A stretch of DNA of 56,944 nt, the filler included, from Sphacelaria rigidula (lineage: Eukaryota), in assembly GCA_964200075.2 (NCBI GenBank). It is 5 parts of 5 records of this genome, joined end to end, with 100 filler letters (N's around TTAATTAATTAA, not from the genome) between each part and the next. Parts side by side here need not be neighbours in the genome. Positions count along the whole stretch, not along the records: positions 34,230 to 45,537 come from CAXNAA020005088.1; positions 45,638 to 56,944 come from CAXNAA020005089.1; 3 more parts are not named here. One strand, written 5' to 3'. Below, one piece after another: positions 34,472 to 47,800 of this stretch. The notes beneath the pieces were generated by a model. The model was given only the letters and a program-made list of their open reading frames with translations, did no database searches and was not told the DNA's origin. The number at the start of each line of letters is the position of its first letter. Within the stretch, counting starts at the first letter, position 1. The position numbers and the translations under genes are program-made.

Positions 34472-37400
34472 GTGGCTCAGAAGACAACTTCAGTTGCGCC
34501 TCGGCCGGCGGTTTCGGTAGTAGCATCCAGTTCGGAAACGAAGCGATCCGCTTCCGGAGCTCGAAACCCGTCTACGGGTGCTGCTCGTGTTGGTAGTCCT
34601 CAATTGACGGCATCTGAGAGTCCAACGCGCCACATCCCGCCATCTGGTTCCGGCACCATGATTGAGGCCCTGATTTCGGCTCTTCAGAACACTGTCAATT
34701 CTCCACCTGGCTCCTCTGACGATCCAGGTGCACAACGTTTCACAGCGTTCAAAACGTTCTACGGCGATACGCCACAGCCTCAGGCGCGCCCCTCTTACGC
34801 GCAGGTCGCCCGCGGCGCTCGCAGTACCGCGACTACTGCAGCTCGCACTGATACCGCTTTGATCCCTACGCGAACTGCACATTCTCCGCGAGGAAGCCGA
34901 GATGGAAATCACTCTCGCCTATCCTCCGCTCCTTACGGACGACGAGCTCGTGCCCTAGAACATTCTACTTCTAATCGACGGCATAAAACTGACAGTGACA
35001 GCCACTCCCATGGGGGCAGCACAGGCCACGGCCCCCGCTCTTCGCGTGGCTCTAGACAATCATCCGTCCACAGTCACACCAGTAGTCGCGCTCCGTCTAC
35101 CCGACGTTTGCACCATCGACAACCCTCACGTCATAATAACACCGTGCATGTGGAAGATGTCAGAGATATTCTCTCCAAGTTATCATCGGACCCAGCTTCC
35201 TCGATTGAAAAAGCTAGTGACAATTCCTTTCGTGCTCCCCGGCGTCATCGAATACGAGCCCGATCTAACCGCGATGTCCCATCCCACGCCGCTGTCGATG
35301 CCGTCACTATTCGTACGCTTCAACAGCAGCTTTCGGACTTACAACACTCCCTTCTACAGATCATGTCGACCAAACAGACATCAGTTACTCCTTCGGCGGC
35401 AACGACCCCTACTTCGGCTTCTCCTTCCGCCGCCAAGCGCGCCATTACGGCACCCTCGGCCGCCAGGAAGGCTGCCCCATTGATGTCGACCGCCCCTGCC
35501 GTCACCACAACCGCTGTCTCTCCTGAGACCACCGTGCCTGCGGCAGCACTCACGACCGCTCGCGGCGGCCAGACCGCGACGCCCTCCACGACCGGTCCCC
35601 CGCAGCCGCGACTTTCGGCGGAGTTTTACCCCACGGGGTACCTCCCGTGCCTCTTTCAAGAGCATGACAGAGTCCGGCAAGACGAGATCATCGCTCTGTA
35701 TCGAGCTTCCCCCCCGGGGCCGGCCATGCCGACCCAGCCGGCGGCCCCCCCGGCGCCAACCCCGCCTCCCGCGGCCACGGTTAGCGCCGACGAAACCGCA
35801 ACCCGCCTTCTTCGGGAGGAATACGGCACGAAAGAAGCAAATCTGCAGCGGAACTCCACGACCGCCGCAGCAGCACACTCCGCCGCCCTCCGGGCCCAAG
35901 TCGAACATCAATCGGTAACGGCCGCCCTGGAACCGAAAGGCTGCCGAGCTCGTGGTCCACATAGAACGTACCGCGGAGCACGCCATGTCGGCGAAAATCT
36001 TCTTGCGGCACAACAGGCTTCGCGCACACGAGCCACGTCGCTTCATCCTTCTCCGCCCCCACAGCGGACCACGTTGGACACCGCGCCATCAGGCTCAAGC
36101 TCTTCGCCACTTGCCGGGTATCACATACCCCGCAAACAAGATACTAGCTTCTCCAATGCCGCCCCTGCAGCCACCCCCGACCTTTCTCTCGCTCCGCATG
36201 AGGCCACCTGGCTAGTGCACACGGTTCGGGACTTCTCTGGGAAAGTTTCCATCGAGAACCCCCTGCAGAGCTCGTGGACTGCCTGGGACGCCATCCACTA
36301 CAGCGCTCTGGTCGCGTTAGGTCTCTACATCGACCAAGGCGGGCCACTCCCGGTTAAGGACCCCCATGACCTCACTTTCGCCCAGCTGGTGGCCCATGCC
36401 ACCACGGGTCCCAACAGCGGCGCCGGCGTATACGAGAGGGCGGCCCATAACCGTTTACAAGCTCTCCGGAACGCCTTTCAGTCCGGCACTTCTGCGGACG
36501 ACGACCACGACGATGACGATGATGGATGGATTCCAGTCACCGCCAACTGCCGCCCGCCTAAAGGCAACTACGATCATGATGATCGTAAAGGTGGCGGACG
36601 AGACGGCCGCCGTGACGGCTCCGGGTCCAGCGGCGGGGGGCGTCGAGGCGCCAACAGCCGGCGGACCAACCGTGCTGCCCAGCACGCAAATTGGACGCGC
36701 CCGGGCTCGGGCTCGTCGGACGGTTCTCCTCGAAGACCTCGAAGCCGAGACAGGTCGTCAACGTACCCCTCTCCTGTGGAGTCCATCAACGTTAGGCAAG
36801 ACACCCCTCGTTCAGCTGATGTTTCCCGCGAGATATTAGGTTTGTCTGACACGGATGATAATGATCGACCTTTGTCTTCAACCTCGGCCCGCGCTTTAGC
36901 AGCCGCCGCTGTTAGCCAAGCACAGACTGCAACACGCGAGGCTGCAGCAGCTGCCAAAGTTGAAGCTGCTCGCGTGGCTGCCATACAGAGAGAGTACATA
37001 CAGATGGATGTCAAGAAAGTATGGCATATCAACACCATGCCTGCAGCAGGCAATGAGGACTCTGGACAATTTACGTCGAGTATTATTCAATCCATCCGCC
37101 GTACTGTACACAACATTCTGCAATTGGCGGATCGCACGGGTGTTCAGCGGTTTGACGATGCTGATTGGGTCGATGGTTGGTAGAAGCCGTTACATAAGGC
37201 CCTACACCGCGCCATATCTCGCCGCTCGCCTGACCATGCCTCTTCACTGACGCACATCATCGACGGAGTCAACACCGCGATGGATTCGGACCGTGCCTCG
37301 GGGCGAACTGGCCCAGCAATACTCAGTAATCTGGAGCGGCACTTGACCAGGTACTTTGATCGGAGCACACAGGGTAGCTCCATGCACCGTTTAAGCTCGT

Positions 37401-38587
37401 TTGGGGTAGCCAACAACGTTAGTTTCGCCGACTACCTTCGGTAGTTTAAGTTGTTGGTTTCCAGCACCTTGGGAACTGGCCGCCAGAGCGGGCTTTCCGA
37501 TTCTATGTGTCAGTCATATGTCCGTACGAGCGTCTCCGAGCAGTTTCCGGCATTGATGCCGTCGTTGTTTCCGGGTGCCTTAGCACATCGCGAGGTGCCT
37601 TACGCCTCTGTTGATGCAATGTGGACAGCTTTCGTCCACCAAGAAATCAACCTCACTCCCGCCATTCGGGGTGACAAATATTCGTCTTCGCGTTCACAGC
37701 CTGCCGCTGTCTCCTCCGCGAACACCTACGGGTCTCGCGGACGGAACCCGAGTTCACCTCGTAATACATAGACCCCCGACTCTGTCGCCGGTTCAGTAAT
37801 GAATATAAAAAGAAACAAAGACCCTTTCCGCGCGAGCTTTGACGGCTGGCCGTACTCTGCCGAAACATGGGACGATAGTTATTTGACTTCTACGACAGCT
37901 TTTGACACAGATGACCCCCATTTGTGGAACCCGCTTCTGTCTTATTCGGCTAGACAAGACGCTTTTGGTCGCCACGCCAACAGCTGTATCAAATGCAAAG
38001 CACACGGCCACAGCATGCGCAATTGCACCAAATCATGCATCAACGCGTTCGACCTCACGAATCCTGAACTACAGGACAATGAACCCGCGTGGCGCCGCTG
38101 GCAAAAACGAATGCGTGATTATCGTGCTCCGGGTGGTAACAATCGTAGCCATTCGAACAACCGCGGCAACAACCGCTCTCATCGCACGCGCCAGCAAAAC
38201 ACCAACCACGGTTCCGGTACTCGCCAACAAGATCATACATCTCGCGCTAATCATAGCTCCGCTGATAAACATCAGCAGACGGGACCGACACATAGCTCGA
38301 ACCCCAACACCAGAAATCCTGGTACCTTCTGTTCGGATCGCTTAGACCCATGGCGCAACAACGCCGGCGTTTTCAAGTCTTCGGCGCCGCCGACAGCAGT
38401 TTCGAAGATTTTTTCAACACTGCCCGCGGCGTCCGTGACTCAGATTTTTCATCCGAATCCCCCGGCATTATACAGGAGCGCAACCGACGGCCGTTCAATT
38501 CGACCCTCGTCTCCAACCTCCACACACGTTGCAACACAGCCCGCAGAGCCCGCGACTAAGAGTGTTCACCCGGCTCTCCCGGCATGA
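34472..38587 (+). pseudogene. gag: gag-like ORF (~1370 codons) with three in-frame TAG stops
   Basis: ORFs 34472-37183, 37451-37771 and 37799-38587 share one frame, interrupted by TAG at 37181, 37442 and 37769. Zinc knuckle CIKCKAHGHSMRNC near 37985-38026. The true start is uncertain. Confidence 0.75.
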
Positions 38588-38740
38588 TACAGGAGCGCAA
38601 CCGACGGCCGTTCATTTCGACCCCCGTCTTCGACCTCCACACACTTTGCAACACAGCCCGCAGAGCCCGCGACTAAGAGTGTTCGCCCGGCTCCCCCGGC
38701 AATATACAGGAGCGCAACCGACGGCCGTTCATTTCGACTC
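38461..38740 (+). repeat. 117-bp tandem repeat x ~2.4 at the gag-pol junction
   Basis: Units start CCCGGCA at 38461, 38578 and 38695. Confidence 0.9.
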
Positions 38741-38969
38741 CCGTCTTCATCCCTCCGCACACCGCGTAACAGTTGTGTCAATCCGCGACTCATACCTACA
38801 TCCGGCCCTGCACTTGGTCCTTCAGTACCGAGTGTAAGTCTGAGGTGTGAGAAGACCAACCGCCAGTCTCTGAGGCAACGGCTTTCCTCAGCGACCGCAT
38901 GCACAGGTAGTCACAAGCTTTTTTCAGCTGACCCCAGGGTTGTTGATTTGAATTTGACCACATCGGATC

Positions 38970-41900
38970 ATGTCGTCCTCAATCAGCTGGATCGAGTTCC
39001 TTCCTCGCGATTTTCAATGCGCGCAGAACTACCTTTTCAATAACAACTGCCCCATAATACCTTCGGCCATGTCTCCCCCGCCAAGCTTGCCTACGGAAAG
39101 CAGCCCACAAGCTTCGCCCCATCATGCCCCGATGCTGACCCCATCCACCCGACTGGACGCAGTTGTGGTCTCATCCCCAAATGCTTTGGAAGTTCCTCGC
39201 CCTTCGTCACGGCGAAAGAGAAAGCCCCGTAAGCATGCCCCTAAGGACGCGCGCGCATCACTACGTACCCCTCTTTCGAGCGGAAGTCCTCGACCTCCAT
39301 CCCTCCAAAATGCGACGACTTTGAGCTCGACGGCCCTATCAAGTATCACGGAAGAAACGGAATCAGATATTTTTGACGCCTCTTTTTGTTCAATGAACGA
39401 CTCCAGGCACATACAATCTGGATCTGCCTTAGGCGGTGATCCCTGCCTACCAAAGACGATCATTTATGAAATCGCTAGTGGTCATCCTGACCGTGCCACA
39501 CCTGGAAATGATGAACCGCCCACCCCCCCTTTTTTGGTGAAGAATCTGACCCACCGGCGGACCAACCGCCTTCTGTTTTTGCCGGAACACGGTCCGGATC
39601 TTGTCGGCGAAAAATTGTCTGTAGATCCGGCCACTTTCACTACTCGCGTTGCGATCCATGCCGGTCCAAACGCTATCACATCTACGAAATGCGTATCTTT
39701 GTTGGACAGCGGCAGCCCGCAAACATTTATTCGAGAATCAACATGGGAACACATGAAACCGGCTGGCGCTGCTACTGCAGCTTGCGAAACCACCACCAAA
39801 CCTCGCGTGTGGGGCGGTTTCGGTGATTCTGCCGCGCCACTGACGACACGAAAATTCGTACGTCTCAGTGTACAATTCTTTCACAACACCACTCGATCTG
39901 CCAGCCTGGCAGTCTGGGCATACATCGTCCCCCACAGCACAATGCATCACGCCATATTATTGGGCAGAGATAGCTATATGCGGTTTAATAAACGAACCTA
40001 CCGCACGCTTCCACCACTAACGCCACATTCCCCGCCGCGTAATGAATTTAACCTCGAGTACTTCGGTACTCTCCACGGCGCCCTGGCTTATCGAAAGAAT
40101 CCTCAAGCGACCAGAGCTGCTTACCGCCTACGATATAACGGTAGCGTGGGTATTACACTCTCCGACGACCCCCAACTTCTTGAAGTTGCACTAGTTCGCC
40201 GAAATAGCATGCCAGCACTTACGGGCCATTAACTTGCTGAACTGTTACCCCGTACTGGCGCACCAACCGACACAAAACATTTTGTGTCGGCGGGACAACA
40301 GCCCCTCCCTCTTACGGGCCATGCTAACTTGGAACCCGGCGATGTTTTAGGAATCGACGCTGCTCCCCTGATGCACATCCCACTCGAGACGTGCGTCACA
40401 GAGCCTGCCGCGCCTAACGCCACATCTCCGGCGGAGTCAGTCCACTATGTCGATGAACCCTACTTCGACCTCGCCTCCGCGACTCCACCCCAGGTCCACA
40501 CCGTGAATCCTGCCCAGTCAAATTCCGAAGTGCTTCAACGCTTATCACCAGATTCTCGGAATATTTCCTTGCACATGTGGCACCAATTGCCGCCACACAT
40601 GCGCGACATCAATTTTGACCTTCATGGGCCCGATTGGGAACCGGTAGTCATCCAAGAACTCAGTGATGTCCTGCTAGAGTACCAAGACCGATTTTCCCGA
40701 TCCAAGACGGATCTTGGGCATTACAAAACACTGCCCTTTGAGGTTACCCTCCAACCCAGCATCACGCCGATCTCTTCCCGACCATACAGGACGAACCCAA
40801 TTCTTACCAAAAAGGTTAACGCCATCTTGGATGCGTATTTTGGTGCAGGACTAATACAACATTCCTCCTCTCCTTGGGCCTCGCCACTTGTGGTTGTCCC
40901 TAAAATGGACGGCAACATACGCATCACCGTTAATTACCAACGGTTGAACCGCGTCACCGTGATTGGTAAACTTCCAATCCCCTGCATTGATGAAGTCTTC
41001 GACTCCTTAGGTGAAGGAAAAATATTCAGCACCTTCGATCTCGCTTCTGAGTTTTTCCAGAATGCTATCCACCCTGACACAGTGCCACTTACGGCTTTTT
41101 GTACCTTGTCCGGGCTTTATGAATTGCTCCGAATGCCACAAGGCGCTGCCACCGCTCCAGGATGCTTTCAACGTTTAATGCAACGCGTTACGGAGGGCCT
41201 CGAGCACATCATCATGTACCTTGATGACGCTATCGCTTTTGATGCCTCACCTATTGCACATGTCCGCACTCTGCGAGAATTTCTCCCTCGACTGCGAACA
41301 CACGATATGAGACTGTTCCCATCCAAAGCTCGCCTTGGCGCGACTGACTTGGAGTTTTTGGGGCATTCCATCTCGCCCGCAGGCCTACATCCAGAAACGA
41401 ACAAAGTCAGGGCTATGACCGACTTACCGATGCCAACAAACATATATAAACTTCGCTCATTGTTGGGCGGGGCTATCTTACTACCGCAATGTTTTGCCGA
41501 ATTCATCTAAACGGATAATCCCCCTCACCGAGCTACTCAAGAAAGGAGCCGTGTGTTCCTTCACCACCGAGATGGAAAATATCACCCGCGAATTGCTGAA
41601 AATGCTTACCGAAAAACCAGTCCTCTGTTTCCCTGATTGAGAGGCAGTGCAAGACGGCTCTCGCCTTTTTCAACTCCACACTGACGCTAGCACAGACGGA
41701 TTCGGAGGAGTTTTGAATCAACCTCAGGCTGATGGCTCTTTTCGACCTCTTCTCTACATCAGTCGCGCCACCTTGCCCAATGAGGCCAACTGGAGCCCAT
41801 TAGAACTGGAAGGCGGAGTTATCACCTGGGCCATTAAGCGCCTTCGACAATACCTGTTTCACGTGCCCTTTGAAATCTACACGGATCATGGGACACTCGA

Positions 41901-44852
41901 GCAACTCGCCAAGGTCGGCGAACACAACCCGCGTGTACAACGCTGGTTGGAGTTTCTAACAGCATACCAGTATACCATTAAGCACCGTCCAGGCAAAACC
42001 AACAGGAACGCTAATCTTCTCTCCCGATTACCCCTGCTGCCTACAGCCGCAGATTCCAGCCCAGCTTGCCGTCTAACGGAACCCGACGAACCTGGGATTT
42101 ACCCTATTAGACGTTTTTCGACGCCAGTCTACGCTCTTGACCTTCAATATCCAGAAACTGGTATGCACATGGGCGGACCTTGCCCTCTGCCCTATGACGC
42201 CGTCTTGGGTGGGTTAAAACCCACAACCTCCGATTTTGTCGATTTCCGGACCTTTGGTACTCGCGCCAAGCTTCTCACGGAGACACCCTCGGATATCCAC
42301 CTAATTTTAGACAACACGCGCTCTCGGTCTACCGCCCGCACCAACCCCCCAAGTGCCCAGCCGCCACCGATGACAGCTGCACGTTCTGCGAGCCACGCAG
42401 CGCCGGCCCTACGGACCGACCCACAACGCTCCGCAGTCACTACTGCAACAAACAACACGCGCCGCGGACCTTCTTCGCCTCGCAAAACTTCAACTCCGCC
42501 GCTTATAATGGCAACACCGACAACCCCTGCCCCCGAGGCGGAGATTGACGTAGGCATTTCTGCCCCGTCACCTGTTCCCCCGCTACTTACCCCACCATGT
42601 TTGGTCGGCTCCCCAGCGGAAGGCCAACTACGCGAGTTTCTCGCCAGCTACTCTCACCGTGACTGGGCTCGCGAACAAAACGCAGAACCGCTGTCTCGCG
42701 TAGCCACCCGTTACTTACAGCCCGACTGCCCAGTTCCTTTCTCGGTCGAACTTTTGGCTCCTGTTGGCCCACTGCCACCACCAGATATCTCCGAGGTATA
42801 TAAACTCGTGCGTAAAGGCACGATTTTTACCACGGGCGAAGGTGTGCAATTACTCGTGCGTCGACCCACGCCTTCAGCAGGCGCAATCACTACCTCCACC
42901 ACGGGACGCCACGCACGACTACTCGATGACGAACCCACGCGCATATACGTTCCGTTAGTAATGCGCCCCTGGGTCATGAAAGGCTGTCACACAGACTTGT
43001 CATGTCATCTTGGCGTCACCCGCACCCTAGCGCTCTTGGAACGCTTTTACCGGTGGATTGGCATGGAAATTTCCACCCGCTTTTGGATTCGGCGATGCTT
43101 CAAATGCCAAGCTCGAAAGACTTCACGGCAGACAGTCCGCTGGCCAATCATCTCTATGGGACTCCCCAACGCGCCCGGCCACCTTGTGTCCTTTGACTTG
43201 TTCGGCCCTCTACCGCCCACAGGTCGCGGCAACAGCCACATCGTACTCTTCACTGACCGCTCCAGCCGCCACGCGTCCATGTACGCGGTAACCACTGCAG
43301 ATTTCACTGCAGCAGGAACGGCCGACATACTGGTCCACGACTACATCAAGCACTACGGTTGCCCGGAACGACTTCTTTCAGACAATGGTCAGCAATTTTG
43401 CTCAGATCTTTCTGCGGAGCTTTACAAGCTCCTGGGCATTCGCAAAATTGCCACGAGCGCCTACCACCCTAACGGCAACGGTGGTACCGAACGAGTTAAT
43501 CACACCATGGCCCAAATGCTCTCTATGGTCGCTAACGACCGCCAAAATGACTGGGACCTACATCTCTCGCACATTATGCTGTCCTACAATAACTCGGTTA
43601 ATGCCGCCGCAGGCCTTTCTCCGAACGAACTCCATCTCAAAGGTTATCCCCGGCTACCCATCACCGTGTTTGAAAGACACACGTCCGATGGCCACCAAGG
43701 CTTGGATCAGGATCAGATATCCTATCATGAGCTAGCGCATTCACGACAACGAAAAGCGTTTACCCTCGTGCGCGAACAACACGCTATCAACGCCTTGCGC
43801 CTGGAGCGATCTAACACCGATCTCTACAACCTAATGCACAAACGCCCCAACTGGAAAGTTGGTGGTTGGGTTTGGGTCTACAACAGTCTATCGACCATCC
43901 GCCAGGGTACCAGCAAGGCAGTAGACGAAACAATTTTGAAGGCAAAATTGTCCTTAAATTGGACAGGACCTTTCAAGATTCTGAAAGTCGTTCCCTCGCC
44001 ATCCTAACCGAATGATGAACCCGTTGGCGACAAACTCCTCTATCTCGATCTGCCTCGCGACCTTCCGGGCAAAGACACCAAACCCCGCGTCTCCGTGAAA
44101 AGGTGCAAACCATGCACGAACCCGCATGATACAAGTGACATGCCCAAATACCTGCCTGCAGGACTTACACAGTACGTTCTCAACAGCTACTCGACTAATT
44201 CTCCGCCCTACCACGTCACCACTGATGATGTAACGGAACAGCTCCTCCGCCTGACGGTTTCCGCCATATCCGGCCACCAAATCACTCGTGGTCGAGGTGG
44301 CAAAGTTGCCGTCATGTATAAGACCCACTGGCAAGGTCTTCGGAGAGCTTCTCGGGAACGCGAATCCGACCTTCAATTGCGCCGCCGTGCAATCCTCCTA
44401 TACTGGACGCAACCCCAACATCAGCATCTTGCTCACAACAAGAGATCCCGCAACATGCGTCGTGGCGCAGCAGCCCGCGAAGTGCACCGCGACCAAGGCC
44501 TACGCTTTGTCGCCGATGGCTACGAACTGGTTCCCACCAAGATTTGTAAAGCAAAGTTTTTCGCGAACCAGAAACACTACCCAAGGGCTCCTACCCGTGG
44601 TTCAAAGGCAGCGACAACCTCTGGTGGTTGGGTCAGACTCACTCCGCTGATCTAGTCTCTGCTGACACATACATCGTGCGCTTCATCGATGACCCGGGAC
44701 CCATACAGCTTGAGCTCCGGCCTGCGCGATAAACCACCAGTCCACCTGCACCACGTGGATCTTGGTGTCTTCAGCGCCTCAAGTCCAAAGGACTTCGCCA
44801 CGGTCTCCAGCGCAACATCGACCACACCCACGACGTGCACGCACCGCTGTGA
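38970..44852 (+). pseudogene. pol: pol polyprotein (PR, RT, RNase H, integrase, chromo-like, Tudor-like) with stops and frameshifts
   Basis: PR LLDSGS (~39700). RT SPWASPLVVVPK, RMPQG, YLDD (41217-41228). RH LHTDAS...ELE...YTDH. IN H..HLGVTRT..CFKCQ, D..SDNG..E. Stops at 40230, 41638, 44005 and ~44730; frameshifts near 41470 and 44570. Confidence 0.92.
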
Positions 44853-45118
44853 ACTACGCCCCCCACCGTCATCTTTCTTCTTTTCTTTAGTCTTTTGCCC
44901 TCCCTTTTTTGCCCCTACTCTACGACATCCACGACAGGATCACCGCCCCCCGGACCATGATCGGACAGGAGCCGCTCGCCACATACGACTACTGGAGCTC
45001 TGCTATCCCCTCTTTTTCGACGGGGCCGGATCTTGTTGGATCGCCAACTCTTCAGATTTGCTTTTCTTGCTTCCGACCAACTTACGTTGGTCGCCTGTTA
45101 CTGCTATAGCCATTATTT

Positions 45119-45265
45119 CCTTTGGAATCCCCCAGGTCGGAGCTGGCGTAGCTTGCTCCCTGTTGTCCCTTTGGAATCCCCCAGGTCGGAGCTGGCGTAG
45201 CTTGCTCCCTGTTGTCCCTTTGGAATCCCCCAGGTCGAAGCTGGCGCAGCTTGCTCCCTGTTGTA
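45119..45265 (+). repeat. 49-bp tandem repeat x3 in the retrotransposon 3' region
   Basis: TTTGGAATCCCCCAGGTCGGAGCTGGCGTAGCTTGCTCCCTGTTGTCCC at 45121, 45170 and 45219. Confidence 0.95.
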
Positions 45266-45537
45266 CCCCCCGTGCTTTTTTTCTCGTTTTGCTAGGACGC
45301 CGAAGCATTGTGTGCTCCTTCGTTGGTTTCTAGCACGCGGCAGCAGTTTTGTGCTTCCGCGTTTTGAGCAGTGTAGTTTCTGCTTTCTTTACTCTGAAGT
45401 GTGGGAGTGGGTCGGGAGATTACCTTAGGCGCGTTGTATTAGCATTAGCCGCGCATAACTTTACGAATAAAGAAAAACCTTAGTTTTCGCTGCTTTTGAG
45501 GATATATTCTCGCAGCTGTAATAAAGGTTCGTCTGGG

Positions 45538-45637
45538 NNNNNNNNNNNNNNNNNNNNNNNNNNNNNNNNNNNNNNNNNNNNTTAATTAATTAANNNNNNN
45601 NNNNNNNNNNNNNNNNNNNNNNNNNNNNNNNNNNNNN
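45538..45637. other. artificial contig spacer
   Basis: N44-TTAATTAATTAA-N44. Confidence 0.99.
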
Positions 45638-47800
45638 TAAAGTTGTTTATAAATAGGGCATCAACAGAAAAGAGTAAACGGTCACCCCCCCCCCCCCCCC
45701 CGAAAAAGCCGAGCAATTCGAGAAAAAAAACAAAGCAGTGAACAATGACCCTTGGACAAAATGTGTATATCTGGTCGGAAGGTTGTAGATAGAAATGAAT
45801 TAAATGATGAAATCATGAGTTCAAGCGAGATGGGTTGTTCTGTAGTTATATTTTGCCGCTTACCGCGCCACTGATGCCGAAGGAGACCCATCCCTCCTCA
45901 CACGTGCAGGGACTGTTGGATGAAGACAGTGTAAAGCGCACAGTGGTCCGCCGACAATACGGGGAGGAGGAAGAAATATGTCCATTAGTCATGTTGGCTA
46001 CAGATTAATGCACAACAATGGTGTGCAAGATCGTCAATTCGATGGTTCACACAAATCGATCTAACACTTGTGTTGAATAGAACGTCGTACGCAGAGAATG
46101 TCCTTGTGTTCTCCACTTGCTGTGCGCCTCAGGGACGCCGATTGATTCGTGCACGGAAAAGGCACCTTCGTAACCTGGCAAGACGCACTACAATTTCAGC
46201 AGGGTTGAGGGTATTCAGGGGACCCAGCCAATCGTGGGTGTTCGTGGCTACATTGTTGGTGCGATAAAATATCCCTCGGAATAGGCGAGGTGACACGTAC
46301 GAAACGCTTGGTACCAACGAGTAATCACTAGGACGTCTAGCGACGACCATGGCTTCATATTTTGCCTTAAGCATCGGAGGGAACACGACTTGTACGTCTG
46401 AACTACGCTTTGGGACGCTTGCTGCGACACCTGCTCACACAAGCACTCTCGGAACTTCCAGTGCAGCTGAGCGCGTAGGCACAGGAGCAAGTGTTGAAAG
46501 AGAAAATCCGACCGCGGCACTGATGTATACATGGCGAGGCGCTGCGCTGCATACCAGAATGGTTAACACTCACCCTTCTCCTTCGAGGGCACATGTTGTC
46601 AGGTCGAAGTTGTCTTCTGGCAGGTATCTCGCTGCGGCTTTCTGCATGACCAGACACATGGGTGTGATACGGAAGGGGAACGTATGAACGAGACGAGTTG
46701 AAAGAGTTGTATTCACGCACAATGCGGACAATCACACGTAACGCATTGGAATATCTGGTGGCAAGATGTCGACTGTTCGGTGAAGGTTTTCTACCCATAC
46801 GGCAAGCGTCGGAGCCAGCGGGTACGGTGGTGTTCGTTACAGAAATATTCATCCCGAGTAGGACAGGAGTTTACTCCAGCACATATATATAGTATTGTAC
46901 GCACATTTCCGGTGAGTTGAACCAGACTCGGAATCATGTGAGCAATATATATATATGTTCCCCACATGCGTTCATATGTTAACTCGTGGGCTAGAGCAGT
47001 TCAGCAGATATCAAGTAGAGGTTGTGCCGAAACGGCACCATCCATCAATACCCTTGATGCAAACTCTTGTGACTCTCCCACATCATATGAGAAACCTGTG
47101 GCGTATATTTTCAGGTTTCAATATATCCATTAGCTTGATGTGGGAGGGTCGATGGCCATACACGTGCAGTTTTGAAACGAGCCGGTACGCTGGCTTTTAC
47201 CGATCTTGCTCATCTAGATAAATTATCAAATCAACGGCGTGGTGCTCCGGTGCGGATTGTAGTTACGTCGAGCGAGGCGACGGTTATGCCACCAGTTTCA
47301 ACTTCGGGAGGGGGCCTTTCACCAATTCAGTAGCTTGCACGTATCAACGGTGCCATGATACGGTAAGCTCGTGTTTTATTTGCTGCGATTGATGGATCGG
47401 GGAATACTACACATATCGTGCTTGTTGTGTTCACGCCTAACGTGAAGAGCATGCGCTCTAAGCGGGTACTGCCATGAGCGCATATATAAGACAAGGATGA
47501 GCGGCAGCAAATAGGAAGAGCGACGACTCCTCACATGGTGCTATGCCCTTCCTTGAAATCTTTGGGTCGCGGTAAACCCCCGAAAAGCTTCGGCGAATAC
47601 TCGGGTCTACGCAAGGGGAACGGGCGAACACATTTGTGGTACTCGTAATCGTCAGCGACTGATGGGTCGTGAAACCACGTAAAAATATCCAATACTTTTG
47701 CCGCACGAAACTGTTGCGAATCTCGTGACATTGAAGAGCACTGTGGGCTAGTACGGCTGTGCACAGTCTATGCAGCAACTCGACGGTTGAACGTTAGCTT

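Larger units (their letters stand above)
34230..45537 (+). mobile_element. Ty3/Gypsy LTR retrotransposon (chromovirus-like), decayed; occupies essentially the whole contig
   Basis: Domain order gag(CCHC)-PR-RT-RH-IN-chromo. A purine-rich tract GAAGTGTGGGAGTG at 45396-45409 probably marks the PPT and 3' LTR start. The LTRs appear cut by the contig ends and cannot be compared. Confidence 0.93.

Noticed and set aside
37181..37771. Three in-frame TAG codons in gag as programmed readthrough or an alternative genetic code
   Set aside because: The same element also has TAA/TGA stops and frameshifts, and host exons contain no in-frame TAG. Ordinary decay is the simpler explanation.
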